A stretch of DNA of 63,580 nucleotides, the filler included. It is 3 parts of 3 records of this genome, joined end to end, with 100 filler letters (N's around TTAATTAATTAA, not from the genome) between each part and the next. Parts side by side here need not be neighbours in the genome. Positions count along the whole stretch, not along the records: positions 1 to 19,782 come from SRR20825019_1435; 2 more parts are not named here. One strand, written 5' to 3'. Of this stretch, positions 1-12,500 are shown one piece after another (position 1 is the stretch's first letter; each line of letters begins with the position of its first letter). The position numbers and the translations under genes are program-made. Under the pieces are notes generated by a model that was given only the letters and a program-made list of their open reading frames with translations, did no database searches and was not told where the DNA came from.

Positions 1-41
1 GGGGCGGGGCTGCGGGCGGGGCTGCGGGCGGGGCTGCGGGC
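1..41 (+). repeat. 12-bp G-rich tandem repeat (GCGGGGCTGCGG, about 3 copies) at the window start
   Basis: Read directly: ggggcggggctgc gggcggggctgc gggcggggctgc gggc. Confidence 0.85.
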
Positions 42-338
42 CGGGGAGCGTGCTTGGTCGCTGGGATGGGAGGGCAGGCGGTGGACCGTAGCGCCCGCTA
101 TTCGCGGCCGGCGGGGCCACGGCTCAGCTGAGTGAAGAGGGAACCGTCACGCTACCAAGGCACCCGTCATTCCTCATCACTGAGTCCCAGCAGCTTCGAG
201 GGCGGGCGTAGTCAGTGCCCAGTGACGAGCACAATGGGGCGAAGCCGGTGCGCTGAAGCCTCCACTGGTGGAAAAGCCAAGGGTCTGCTTCTGCTATATA
301 TAAAGAGGGATGGCTACCGTTGCATACTCACGAGCTAC

Positions 339-1518
339 ATGTCGAATCCGTTCGCACACACCAATCCTTTCGACCAAGCAAAGGCGGGCACTGGAGGTGT
401 GGGCAGTGCACCAGCTGACAGTGTTTTCAGTTCGGACAAGAAGGACAATCCTTTTCAGGTATGGTGTCGCGAGAGGATCTGGTGCTTTGTGATCGTCCAA
501 CTCAACGTTTACTCGCTCGTAGTCAAAGAGTACACCTTTCGCTGATCAAGGAACTCCTTCACCATTCTCGCAGAAGAAGGAAGAAAAGGATAGTGGGTTT
601 GGTCATACTTTGTCGCGAGCTAGAGAAGATGCCATCCGGACAAAGGAGGAGGAGGATCGGCGGGCTGCTGCAGAGAGGGCGGCAGAAGAGCAGCGCAGAC
701 AAGAAATCGAAGAGAGGGAAAGGTCACTATTCCAGCGTGAACAGCAGATAGAGTCACAGGTGAACCCTGTGGCTGTGTCTTCATTTGGGGAGGGTGCGCC
801 TACGACTACAACAATGAGCAGTGGAACGCAAGACAATCAGGGGGTGAAGGAGGTAGATCCGAACGATCCGATAGGCGGAAGGAAGAACGACTGGCCCAGA
901 TTTGTACCGTTCATGAAACACAACATTTCCATTGACATTCCCGCGCGGCATAGAATATTTGTTCGTGTTGCTTATGCCAACTGGTTTCTTATGGGTATCG
1001 CCTCGTTGCTGAACTTGGTGGGCATAATGACATTCAGCATATCTGTCGCGAAGAATCCTTTGTGGATATCGATGGACACTATCTGTATGCTGTTTTGGGT
1101 GGTATATTTTTGGATCGGGGGGTTCTTGCTATGGTATGTGGGCCCTTCTTCTTGACTGCAGTGACTGACTGTTTGTAGGTACTACCCATTGTTTCGGTTG
1201 GCAAAGTCGTACAACTCAAAATTGGCGCTACTTGTTCTGGTGCTGCACTTCTGGCACGTCATACTGCTAGTGTGTTTCTGTCTTGGGATTCCTGCACTCG
1301 GAATGACTGGGCTGCTTACAATTATTCTATGTTTCATTTGGGGTAGCGCTGTGGCAGGGGTATTTGTGATATCTATCGCGCCTATATGGGTTGGCGAACT
1401 AATCCTTTCCATCATCATCTTCAAGTTGATACTGGACTTGTACCTTGACGATAGGCAGCGGAAGAAGGCAGCAAGACAAAACGTGGAATACCCAAGTGGA
1501 ATGAACAACTCGATTTAG
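339..1518 (+). CDS. SCAMP: Secretory carrier membrane protein (SCAMP family), 3 exons
   Basis: ATG 339; three N-terminal NPF motifs; coiled coil; KNDWPRF..HNISIDIP motif; 4 TM segments. GT-AG introns 459-522 and 1134-1178 join the ORFs in frame. TATATAAA near 296-303. Confidence 0.9.
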
Positions 1519-1676
1519 GTAACGATGTTTTACTGAGGAAACACAATCGCTGTTTAGTCGCTAGGTCGCACTGCTTGGACTACGACAATAAAGTCGTCAC
1601 AGAAAGACCACGCATATATGCACTCAACCTTTGGTGATAGTGGCATGGACAACTCGAAGCACTTAGGCAACAGCGC

Positions 1677-3110
1677 CTACCTCACGGGACCCGAGAGGAT
1701 CATATCTCTCCACTCAAGCGCCACGGCATTCCATCCGTACCCGTCGCCATTACCATACACTCTCCGTAGATCGAACCGCATCTCCTCTTGTCTTTTTGTA
1801 TCTTTCAGGAGTTCTATCAAAGCTGCCGCGTAAGCCGTATTCGTTTCCTTCTGACTTGGCCTCTGCTTCACAACATGACCAACCTTCACCACCTGAGAAA
1901 GAGCTCCAGAGTCAGTGACTACCGGAACACAGCCGCACAATTGTGCCTTCAGTGTGGAGATCGAAAACGCCTCTGGGGTATGCGACGGGTAGGCGAATAT
2001 TCCCGCCCTGTGCATTTCCACGGCCACTTCCCTATGCCCAACCCTCCCATGCTCAAATACACCCGGCTGCTCCATGAGCAGTGCCAACCTTGCACGCTCC
2101 ACAGGGTCATACACGGTGCTCCAGCCGTAGAATATGTGTAACTCGGCCCCCGGCACCTCCGCAAGAACATTTGGCCACATATTCAGCAGATTCTCAAGGC
2201 CACGACTATAGCAAACGCTGTACATTACTCTCAAAGGGTCTCTTTCCACTCTTGGTACATGTAGGTCTTTCAGGTTTACGCCATTCCGCGACTTGACGAC
2301 TGGATACCTCTCCATGCCACTGCATATGGGCCACAGCATCTTTTCCTGATAGTCAGAAAGAACTATCGCCTTATCTATGGTGTCCAACGCAAGATCCTTG
2401 AAAAGACCAACAACGGGGTGGTGCATCAGCTCGTCCATCATCTTTATGACGGGAGCGTCATGAATCCAGTAAAGACTCCTTTTCGCGGAATACATTGTAT
2501 GCAGCATGAAAGGGAACCTCCATGCTACGATTGTGTTGAACTGGTCATTGACATTAAACTCAGATATTGGCACATAGTGAACTCCGTCATGCGTTCCAGC
2601 AAACTTCCCACACCGATTGAACACTGTCACATCGAAACCAAGCTTCGACAGTTCCGCCGACAGGTATATGACAGCCTCTTCACTCCCTCCGATTCCAGAG
2701 TTTACCAAGGGAGGGCCCCACGCCTTTCGTTCACCAGGAAGCCTCACAGCAGAGCAGAAGATCACGACAGAGTTCTTTGGCCATACCCGTGGAGGCCGCC
2801 GATCAGTAAAACGGTACAGGTTGTATCGAAGCATAGCCCACAGAAACTCACACCAACAGCGTACAATATCCATTCTGTTGATCCCATTCACAGTCCGTGT
2901 GCACTCAGCTAGACACGGTGCAAGCATGGCTACCAGCACGACCACAACCACGGTTACATAAAGAGTTGCAGCCGGCCGAACAGAAGCCCCCGTGCTACTC
3001 TGAGAGAGACCGCCCTTCACTTCCGGTATGACCTCGTCATGGTCATAACCACCCACCACTACACAGCCAGCCACAGCCAGGCCCAGTGCCAAATATAGGG
3101 CCAACCGCAT
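1677..3110 (-). CDS. GT-B (GT4-like) glycosyltransferase with N-terminal signal peptide and TM segment; apparently intronless
   Basis: 477-aa ORF with GIGGSEEAVIYLSAEL..G.DVTVF, WIHD, SRGLE.LL..WP, HGRV and YPS..PEAFSISTLKAQ..G.VPV motifs; hydrophobic N-terminus. Confidence 0.85.
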   Translation of the reverse strand: MRLALYLALGLAVAGCVVVGGYDHDEVIPEVKGGLSQSSTGASVRPAATLYVTVVVVVLVAMLAPCLAECTRTVNGINRMDIVRCWCEFLWAMLRYNLYRFTDRRPPRVWPKNSVVIFCSAVRLPGERKAWGPPLVNSGIGGSEEAVIYLSAELSKLGFDVTVFNRCGKFAGTHDGVHYVPISEFNVNDQFNTIVAWRFPFMLHTMYSAKRSLYWIHDAPVIKMMDELMHHPVVGLFKDLALDTIDKAIVLSDYQEKMLWPICSGMERYPVVKSRNGVNLKDLHVPRVERDPLRVMYSVCYSRGLENLLNMWPNVLAEVPGAELHIFYGWSTVYDPVERARLALLMEQPGVFEHGRVGHREVAVEMHRAGIFAYPSHTPEAFSISTLKAQLCGCVPVVTDSGALSQVVKVGHVVKQRPSQKETNTAYAAALIELLKDTKRQEEMRFDLRRVYGNGDGYGWNAVALEWRDMILSGPVR

Positions 3111-3950
3111 GGCTGGCGCAGGGGCTTACAACGAAGACACCTGAACACTACCAAGAGCAAGAAAAAGCGATTCGGTGATGGAAAGACAACTGTTCTCAGA
3201 GAAGGGGATATTTGTGGGTCCCCCGAGCCGACCCAACGAAGCCAAGGTGCCCGGGTAGCTGTGGTCCGTACCAGCCCGGACGGGGCCCATCTAGAGTCTT
3301 CCACCGCCATCACCGGCAACATGTTCAGTCCGTAACCTGATGCAGGCGCAGTGACGTGACCGGCGGAGGGGCCGGCCGCGCCGGCCAGCCCGTCCCCACG
3401 GCGGCCGTGCCCGGCGGACCCCGGCCACCGCTTCACCCTGGTCGGGCGGCACATCGCCCTGGCCACGACGGCACCTAGCAACCACTCACCACGCCGGACG
3501 CGGCTCTGTGAGTGATGAAAGTGACGTGTTGCAGCTGACGATGGAACATAGCGATTTCGTTATGTCTAGATTTAAGAAATATGTCTCGATATACCCAATT
3601 AATTTGGTTGGACAGTAGTATCCGACTACTAACTATTTTAAAAGTGATGAAAATCGTCATGCACCAAACTCGGCGGGGCGCGAGTGCCGTGTGTGAGCGG
3701 GGATCGGACCGCACTCTGACGGATGCTCGGCTCAGGCCTCTCCCGGCGTCAGGCCGCGGCCCTGGTGGGCCCGCTCGCGCGCCGGCACCTATCGGGGCAC
3801 CACCAGCCCGGCCAGTCACTCGCCATCCCGGCGGAGGATCGTCAATTCCTCTTGATTTCGACACTGGAGTCGGGTTTGGGATGAGGATCGCCGGGCATCA
3901 GTAAACCGAGCTTAGCCCATGAACGAGACCTCGAAGTGACCTTGATACGG

Positions 3951-6135
3951 CTAGAGGCGATGCAACGAATGAGGTCTCTGAGTCTTGGGGCGGCCTGACT
4001 GTTTCGTGGCGGCTCGAGTGACGCGGGACCCCGAAGATAAGCCCCTCGCTGTTCCTCCAGACACGGGTCTCTGCCGAGAATCAAAAGTGGTATTGGATCC
4101 GAACGTCACCGAATTATACAGTCCGCCGACTGGTTCACCCATCTCAATCATTTCCTTGAGGGATCTAGTCTTCTGTTTCCTCCGCTCCGCCTTCTCACGC
4201 CAGTACAGGAGCTCATTCTTGAATTCCTCTTCCAGCGCCCGGTTAGTCATGCGCAACTTCTCGGCCTCGGCTGCGAAGGAGTCACGATCTCCCCTGAGTT
4301 GTCTGACCTCGTTTACATCGACTTGGCCTGCTTTGGCCTGTCGAAGCTGCGACGTAACCGCTTCCATCGACCGCTTCCATTCTTGCTTGGTATACTCATG
4401 GGCCTCCTCCAAAGAGCGCACATGATCAGCTAGGCGCTTGTTCTCCTGCTCGAGACTCGACACCATCCCATTCCCTTGGTGTCGGATTTGCATCAACTGC
4501 TCCAGATTCGACGCGCCCACCTCTTCCATATCTTTCATGGCGGCCTCGAATGCCTGCCTTTCTTGCTGCCGTTCTGCGGCATTCTGGCTTTGCTCATCCT
4601 CGAGTCTCTCAATGCGGCGAGACATTTCCATCTTCTCGCGGCTCCAATCCTCTCGTTCAACCAAGAGTGATCTAATCTTAGTCAGTGACTTCTCCAGGTC
4701 TGCTGCAAGCCTCTGTGACATCTGCTCTGCCAGCTCCAGTCTCCGACCCTCGTCACTTCTATCAGATTCTGGGCCAGCCTTAGATTTGGAGAGTTCGTCC
4801 TCAAGCTCGGCACAGCGGGTGGAGAGAGACCTTATCGTTCGGCGGGCGGATTCGACCTCTTTGTTCTTCTCGACGACCACCAAAGAACCATCCCCGCTCA
4901 GAACCCTCGCCTTCATATCCTCAAGCTCTGCGCGCATACCTTCCTCTCGCTTTGCACTCATAGCCCTCTCATTTTCCAATGCCTTGCGGAGTTCTGAGGC
5001 CTCCTTTCGTGCCTGCTCGGCAACCTCGTGTGCAAGCGCGGCATCGTCATACGATGAGACATCAGTACGCTCTGCCATAGAGAGCTTTTTCCGTAAGTCC
5101 GATATCCTCTCATTGTAATTTCCCCGTTCTCGATCGATTTGCGCATTCTTCTCGGACATCATATCTGCAAACCTCCTCTCTGCTTGAGACATTCGGGATT
5201 CCAGCTGCTCTGCGGCCTTGGATAGACTAGAGGTGAAATCCTCCATTTCTGCCACTTGTCTTGTCTTGTTCTCGAGTTCCTCGGCCATCTTTTGGTGCTC
5301 CTCAATCCAGCTCTGCAATTCCGCGCGGAGATCCGCCTCTCCCTTCCCTGAGAATCAGTGAGCATATATCGTGACTGCAATAACCATCACGCTTACCACT
5401 GATGCGATTAAGCAACGATGTATTTCCCTTTGAAAGCGAGATTCGCCTGGATCGGTACAAATTAGGGACTTGTCATCATGATGCACTACTCCATCCACTC
5501 ACTTCTCCGTCGCTGTCGGCACCCTAGGCGAGGCCACCCCAGTATTGCGCACAGGCGAGAGAGGTGATGATGGTGCAGAAGGAATGCTTCCAACACTGAC
5601 CCGTGGGTCCTGCCCAGGTTGACTAAGGCCACTGGAATTCATCACTGCGAACGCAGTAGCTGTCGATGGAGCCGCTTCGCGAGCCTGAAGCAGGGGAGTG
5701 GTTGACGGCTCTGGCAACAAGTGAGATGTGTTCGGGTTACTTCCTGCGGCACTAGAAAGTGTCATCTTGTCGTGAATATCCGGGTGATCAGCTTCGCTGG
5801 GCGTAACCATAGGCTTGGGACTCATAACCCCAGTCTCCGCCAATGTTAACTGTGCGGGCAAAACAGGGTTGGCCATGGAGACTGCCGAGGGTGATGGGGT
5901 GCCGTGAAGGGCGGGCTGTACAGTCTTCGTGAGCAAGACTTGGGCACGGAGTCCGTGCACTTACCGCGATTGTACTAGCAGGGGCGGACTGTGACACCAA
6001 GTTCGGTGTAGTGGACGGGGTCTCAGTCATACTGGAGCCTCGAGAGCTCCGGGAGCCGCGCTTGCCATCATAGTCCACTACGTAGTTTCGCTTGTGGTCT
6101 TGGATCACCACTTCCGGGGGACGTTTGAACGGCAT
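3951..6135 (-). CDS. Hypothetical protein: Ser/Pro-rich N-terminus plus long coiled coil, multi-exon
   Basis: ORFs 5788-6135, 5499-5960 and 3951-5318 are on the same strand with donor/acceptor signals between them (e.g. GTAAGT near 5964); E/K/R/L heptad-rich 455-aa last exon. Internal exon boundaries not fully resolved. Confidence 0.7.
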
Positions 6136-6595
6136 GTTTAGCCTCAGGCTTTAGGTAGAGAGACTCGTATTTATCACCCACGCGGCGCGGAAGAGGGGGG
6201 CAGGGGGTTCCGACTGATCTCCATGCGCGCACGTGCTCCAGAACTCGGTCGTCCTGCGGCCACACTGAGAGAAGGTTGGGGCTCAAAGACCGGACCAGGA
6301 CCGTCTGACTAGTGGCGGCGTGGCCCACTTACAGTATGGTCGCGAGCCCCGTCGGCGCCGGGGACGAGGCCCCCCGCCCTGCCCGCCCGGCCGGCCGCCT
6401 GCCGCCGGAACGGCCCCCGAACGAACGCATGAGGCGCGCCGGCGGGGCGGCAGTCCGGCCGGCGGCCTGGCCGAACACCGGAGCGCGTGCCCGACACTGA
6501 TGACACAATCGTGAGCCGTTATATAGTAGCGAAGGTTAAACCGCTAAATAAAGAATCAATAAAATGAAATTATTTATAGAACAATGACTCTACTC

Positions 6596-9500
6596 TCAGA
6601 AGCGAACACTGGAGAGGTCTGGACGAGCCCTATTGCACACTTCGCAATAAAACTGCGACTTCGGGTTGAAGAGGCCACAACCTCCACCACTGCCGCTCGC
6701 ATCATCAGCGACACAGACCCACTTATTGGGTGGGCATTCCCGCTGACCGGTCCAACCCAACTCGCAGACTTCACATGTACGTGAGTTGGAGGCGTTGATG
6801 AAGGTGCAATTCATGCACTGCCAGGCGGTTGCCTCCATAGCCCCCTTGTCCACCTCCATTTCCTCGTTAGCTGGAAGTTGCTCGGGAACCTTGAACACCT
6901 TGACGAATTCCTCAAGGCTGAGGCTACCCCGGCCCTCCGCGTCTACCAAACGGATGGCCTCGTAGTAATCACCAGCCGAGAAACCCAGTCGCATTGCTTC
7001 GAAGCAACGCTGAAGCTCACTGTAGCTCAGCTTGCCATCATTATCAGAATCATGCCCGAGGAATTCCGACGCAGGATCTAGTCGCCGCAAGCGAATGCCG
7101 TTTTGAATGGCGTTAATAATCTGTTCGAGCATTGCCTGCTTCCGCAAGAGGTGCCACTCCTCGCGTGGTGTGAAGATCCGCGCCAATGGAGTGTCGCCCC
7201 ACAAATTACGTTGGCGCCGGCGAAGACGCAAAACGTCAGAGAAGAACGCACGGCGATCTTCCAAAGAGGCCAACTTCAGACCGGCCTCTAGATTCTCAAG
7301 CTCGACATCAGTATAGAACATCTCGCAGTTGTAGAAGCGCAAGCATTGCAGCGATGGCGAGACAACAGCAGAAGCGGATGTGTCCTCAGGATAGAATGGC
7401 ATGCTTCGATCCAATGCACGCCCGGACACGGTCCGAATTGCTATACCAGAGTGAAGGACGGCAGGCTGCCTGTTGTGAATCATCCATCGCAATGTTTCCC
7501 CTTCTGAAAGGGACAGCGCGACCATCATCCTCTGCTGCGGCACTGCCAGATCTTGAGCATCCATTGCATCCGTAGGACACAATGCTTCACAAAACAGTTC
7601 GCTATCACGGCTGCTAAGCCACGCCTTGTCGTCACGGGCAAGCTTTTCCTGTGCAGTAGCAAGACACTTCACCGCCGCGTCGTTGGGGGGTATTGGCGTG
7701 TAACCAGGACGGCAGGCACAGAGCGGGTTACTGCAGTCCCCATTCTTACCACAGCCCGCTGTCATTTGCTTGAACAGATGAGCAACCCACCTCTTCAACC
7801 GAGCTTGCCTTTGTGCTGTGGCAATATCCGGTATCCACTCCATGACAAGGCTCACATTCTTTAAACGCCTCTCGCCCAACCCAACCCAGCGAGGACGGAA
7901 GAAATTATCAGTGAGAAGCAAGTGCTCGGGGAAGTTGAGTGGCTTCATGTCCTTGCGAACATGGAACTGGTTGAAGCGATAGAATGGATCATCCCCAAGT
8001 TTGCATGTCGGCAACGTGCGCAATGTGTCTACTGCCCATGGGTTGTGCTGCTCGTCATCACGTGTGAACGCGCTGATCTTCTGCTCCTCTTGCTCCTGCT
8101 CTTCTTCTTGCTCCTCCTCTTGCTCCTGCTCATGCACAACCTCTGAGTTGTAGCCCTTTTGGACAGCCCCTGTCTCGGCTCCGTCGGTGATCTGGCCCAC
8201 CCGCTCGGTCAGCTGAGCAATGACGGCAGCATCCCTCTCGCTGAGCCGATAATCTGAGTGCTTCTCGACCAACTCTTCAATGCGCGACCTGAAGGGGCGC
8301 GGGGTCGGCACGCAGTCTTCCACTGCATGACTCACTGGCTCACGGAACTGCATCACACAACGACGGAGCCACATTTGAGCGTCATTGCTGGAAGTGGCTG
8401 ACGAACCAAAGCGGTGAAGTCGATCCATGGTGCCTAGATCGGCAGCATATCCAAGGGCATGGACCTCATCGGTCAGGGCCCCCAAGCTGCGCTTGCGCCA
8501 AACATTATACAACTCTTGCGTGCTCATCTTAAGGAACTGCAAGCTCTGCATCCTCATGGAGTTCACCAGCAACCACGCCGGCACGTCCAGCTCGTGTCTA
8601 CCAGTGTACTTGTACGTGCTATTACCTGCATGGGTACCAAGCTCCTGCTCAATGCGGTTCTGTACTTCAGGAATGATGAATAGGTGGATATTTTGGCCTC
8701 GTCCAATGCCACGCATCCGGTAGGCACCCTGAGCATAGTCACGGAAGGTCATGTCTTTCCCGATCGTAAGCACGGCAACAGCAGTGGGCGCTTGCTTGAT
8801 GTCCATGCCAGTGGTGTGCACTTGGTCGTAGAAAGTGAATCGCCGGGCAGGACTGATTCCGCATTGACTCAGCTGCATTGCGTTCTTGGTTCCCCGGACT
8901 AAGATCATCTGCCGATCCTGCCGATCAAGATATACGACACCTTCCATCCACTCAGGAAGATGCTCCAACAGGTACCGCGCAACCTCTTCATTGTCCATGT
9001 TGGTAATGAACGCCCCGGTGTCAATCAGAGCGTGAACGGGGGGGTCAGCAGTGGCGATATCATAGAGAAGACTGCGCGCAGTCCAATCGCTCTTAACTGT
9101 TGCCGATACAACCTTGGGGTTCGTCAACACGTGAATAACACGACCATCGCTCCCAGGTTCGTACTCGCAATCCCCTAAATCAATAGGAAGGAGATTGGAT
9201 GGTGTACCAGAGAAGCCGATTCTCTTCCCAAATAGGATGCTGCTCCCGAGCTCATGACCGCAGGCGCTAATCTTGGTCTGTTGGAAGTTCATTGTAGACG
9301 GGAAGATGTGCTGTCTCAGCAGGTAGTGAAGAAGCTGCGGCAGGCTTCGGACCAGCTCATAAAGGCGGATGAACTGTTTCGCATCACTGACCTGGAACAA
9401 TTGCAAAGGTAGGATGCCGGCCGAGCCAGCGGGTTTGTTCTGCTCTTTTGTTGCAAGATCAATCCACTGACGGAACTGGACGCTCGCAGGGCGTTTCTCC

Positions 9501-12500
9501 TTCGGGCCCACCTGCCGGCTGAAGTCATGCTTCAGTTGAGTCACCACTTTCTTCAGATCCGACTTCCTCAGTCCTTCGTAGCGGAACGCCAGCACAGTAA
9601 GCCCAATTAGCACATCAGGATGGGCAAATTCAGAGCTCCGACTCGGGACATCCTTTCCAACAAATGGCACAGCCATGACTAGGCGACTGTAGGGAGTATT
9701 CGGGTCCACAAGCTGGAGGTCAGCAGGGGAGAGGATACCGAAAGACACACGGTCAATCTTGGAAAGGCAATGAGGCAGCAACTCCCTTGTCCACGATGCG
9801 GCCAAATTTAGCAACTTCTTGGCCTCGGGGATGAGCCCGCCCTCCACACTCGAACGGATCGACTCGATATCGTCACCCATGAGGTACTGCTGTAGCACCT
9901 CAGTAGTGGTAGATACACTGCCAGCAAAGTTTCGGCACAGCCACAACAACGTCCATCTGCAGATCCAAACCTTGATGTGCTCGTGGTAGTAATCCGTGTC
10001 CAGCAACACAAGATGAGGATTCTTCTGTAGCTTATGGAGCTCATAGCCTTTGTGAATAGCCTGCTGCAGTCCGTTCAAGATCTCGATGGCCTGACCACCG
10101 CCAAACACGGCCTGGCACGTTGGATCCCATGAGTCGACGGCTTCGCATATTGAACCACGGCTGTGATAAAATATTGCCTCGATGATATGGATGGGAAGAT
10201 TCCAGCGATGACCTGATAAATCAATAGGAACCTTGTGACCGATGGGGAAGTTGAGTTCGCTACGAAGCGGATGCAGCAGCACATCTACCTCGTCCATTAT
10301 AAGAACTCCATCGGTCCACATGTCCAAAATGTGCACAAGGGCATCGGCCATGTCACTACGAGCAATCATAGTGTCCCTCAAGCGCGTGATCTCACGGTTA
10401 TTTCTGTTGGATGTGGAAGGCACAAGATCCGCCATGTCGAGCTGTTCGATGGAGTGGCTAAGCTCCACAAACTTAAGGAAAAGGGATTTGATGGCCTCAG
10501 GCGGGGCACAAATCACGCCACGCTGCAGGGCAGCGCTCCTCATCTTGGCCCGAAGGCGCTGCACCAATTCGGCACTGTCATCAACGCTACGATCAAATTC
10601 GAGAGTATACACTTTCTTGGTAATAATAGATGCAAAGCACCTGCGCAAGATGTTGCGGGACTGCTCAAGAAGTGCACTCGGCATAACCTGCGTGACCAGA
10701 GACTTGCCATCTGCCAAAATCAAAACGAGGAGTGGTCCAACCACAGTGGTTTTCCCGGCGCCCATAATCATCTGCTGGACTCGCGAGTTGCCGTTGCGGA
10801 TGTTGTCCACAAACCACGTGACCATCTCCACCTGTCGCTTGCGCAGCAAAATATTGAAAACATACTCAAACACTAGGAAGCGCGGGTCAAAGTACACCAC
10901 TGTTGCGGTTGTGTCTTTGCGTTGATGCATGAAGAAGCGCCGAACAGCAATGCTTTCCGCTATGTCGGTGCCCATCTGCTTCAGTTTCTCATGAGTAGAT
11001 ATACTCTCGTTGAGTGCGCTAGTGCCAGTAGAGCCAGAAATGCGGCTAGCAGAATTGAGGATTTGTTTCAGGTAGGTGATAAACGTCCGTGTCTTAAAGA
11101 TGGCTTGCCCAGCACAGAAGCTACGATTGGTTCGCAGCATCACAGAAACCACCATCTTCAAAATGTTGTCAGTGCGGCTGATGAATGGATTCGCACGCCG
11201 CACATCCTCGTCGGATCGAGACGACAAAATGGCGGATGACAGGAATTCCATAGAAATTCGAGTGCGACGCCGCGCGAAACGATTCAGCCAGAATTGAATA
11301 TGGCTAAGGTACTGATGGCCTACGACCTCGGGAAGAACGACCGCATTAGCCTCAGTAGTTATGCGTTTGACAGCCTTCTCAACATAACTACTGTCGGCGT
11401 TGTGCACGGCCTCAAGATCTGTCACCAGATTCTCGAGCATCGCAAGTCCCTCGGAGATATCTTGGGCTCGCCCGAAGGCGATCTCCTTTAGAGCTTCTTC
11501 AGAAAAGTGATGCAGCAGGGGCACCGACGTAGAATTGGCCATGTTGGCATATCCTTGAACATCCCCTGCCATGCGATTAAGTAGATCTTGCGACACAACA
11601 GCACCAGCCGCCTCATGCCCATACAGATCGAACGGAAACTCCGAAGACACGGCCTCCTTCTCCTGCGCCACCCACGACACATACTTCTCAAGTCCAATCA
11701 CAGACAGAGGAGCATTGGCATATGCGCCAATATCCGCGCCCTTCAAGGCCAGCTCGGGACAGTCTGCGACAATGTTCATCTCTGTCAGCATCCTTTGATC
11801 GCATGACGTGTCACTAGCCATCAAACGCAGAGCACCGTTGCATCTCTCAGAATAGGGACGTGTAGTCATCGTCACCACTGCGGCCTTATATTCCGCGCGC
11901 ACGTCCATATTTGCTTGCAAAATCCCTTGCATAAGCAACTGCCGCTCTCCACAGTCGAATGATGTTTGGAACTCGAGATCCACCATGTCCATGAAGGCTT
12001 TGACGTTGCTTCCGCGGCCCATTTCATCGTACAGGTTGAGCCCCATGCGCAGCATGGTTCGGTCCTGGTTGTCCTGAGGCAGTTGGGGCCACGGCAATGA
12101 TGGTATTGATAGCATTGACGCAAGAATGACTAACTCACGAGAAACAACGCCTTCCGACTCGCCATCATCGACGGTTTCCTTTCCCCATCGGGCGTGCTTG
12201 AGATGCCAGTATCGGAGGAGCAGATTTGCAAGCGACGACGTGCAATCACGATCACCAAGCATCATCAGAACGCCACCTGTCAGCATCTCGTACATAAACA
12301 GGAAGCCCAGGTGACGATTGGAGCCACTAACTTCATCCATAATCAAGGCATCGGTAAGAACCAGTTCAAGCATAGGGCTGCCTTCCAACACCTGCGGATG
12401 CGGTACTCCTTCTGCCATCGGACGGGCGCCCTTGGGGAGCTTGTAATGTACTCGTGTCACCTTCGTGGCATTATGCTGAACATAGTCGCGACCCAGAGCA

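Noticed and set aside
1-41. G-rich repeat as a telomere or CRISPR repeat
   Set aside because: Only about 3 copies of a 12-mer with no spacers, inside a promoter-type GC island; no cas genes, eukaryotic context.
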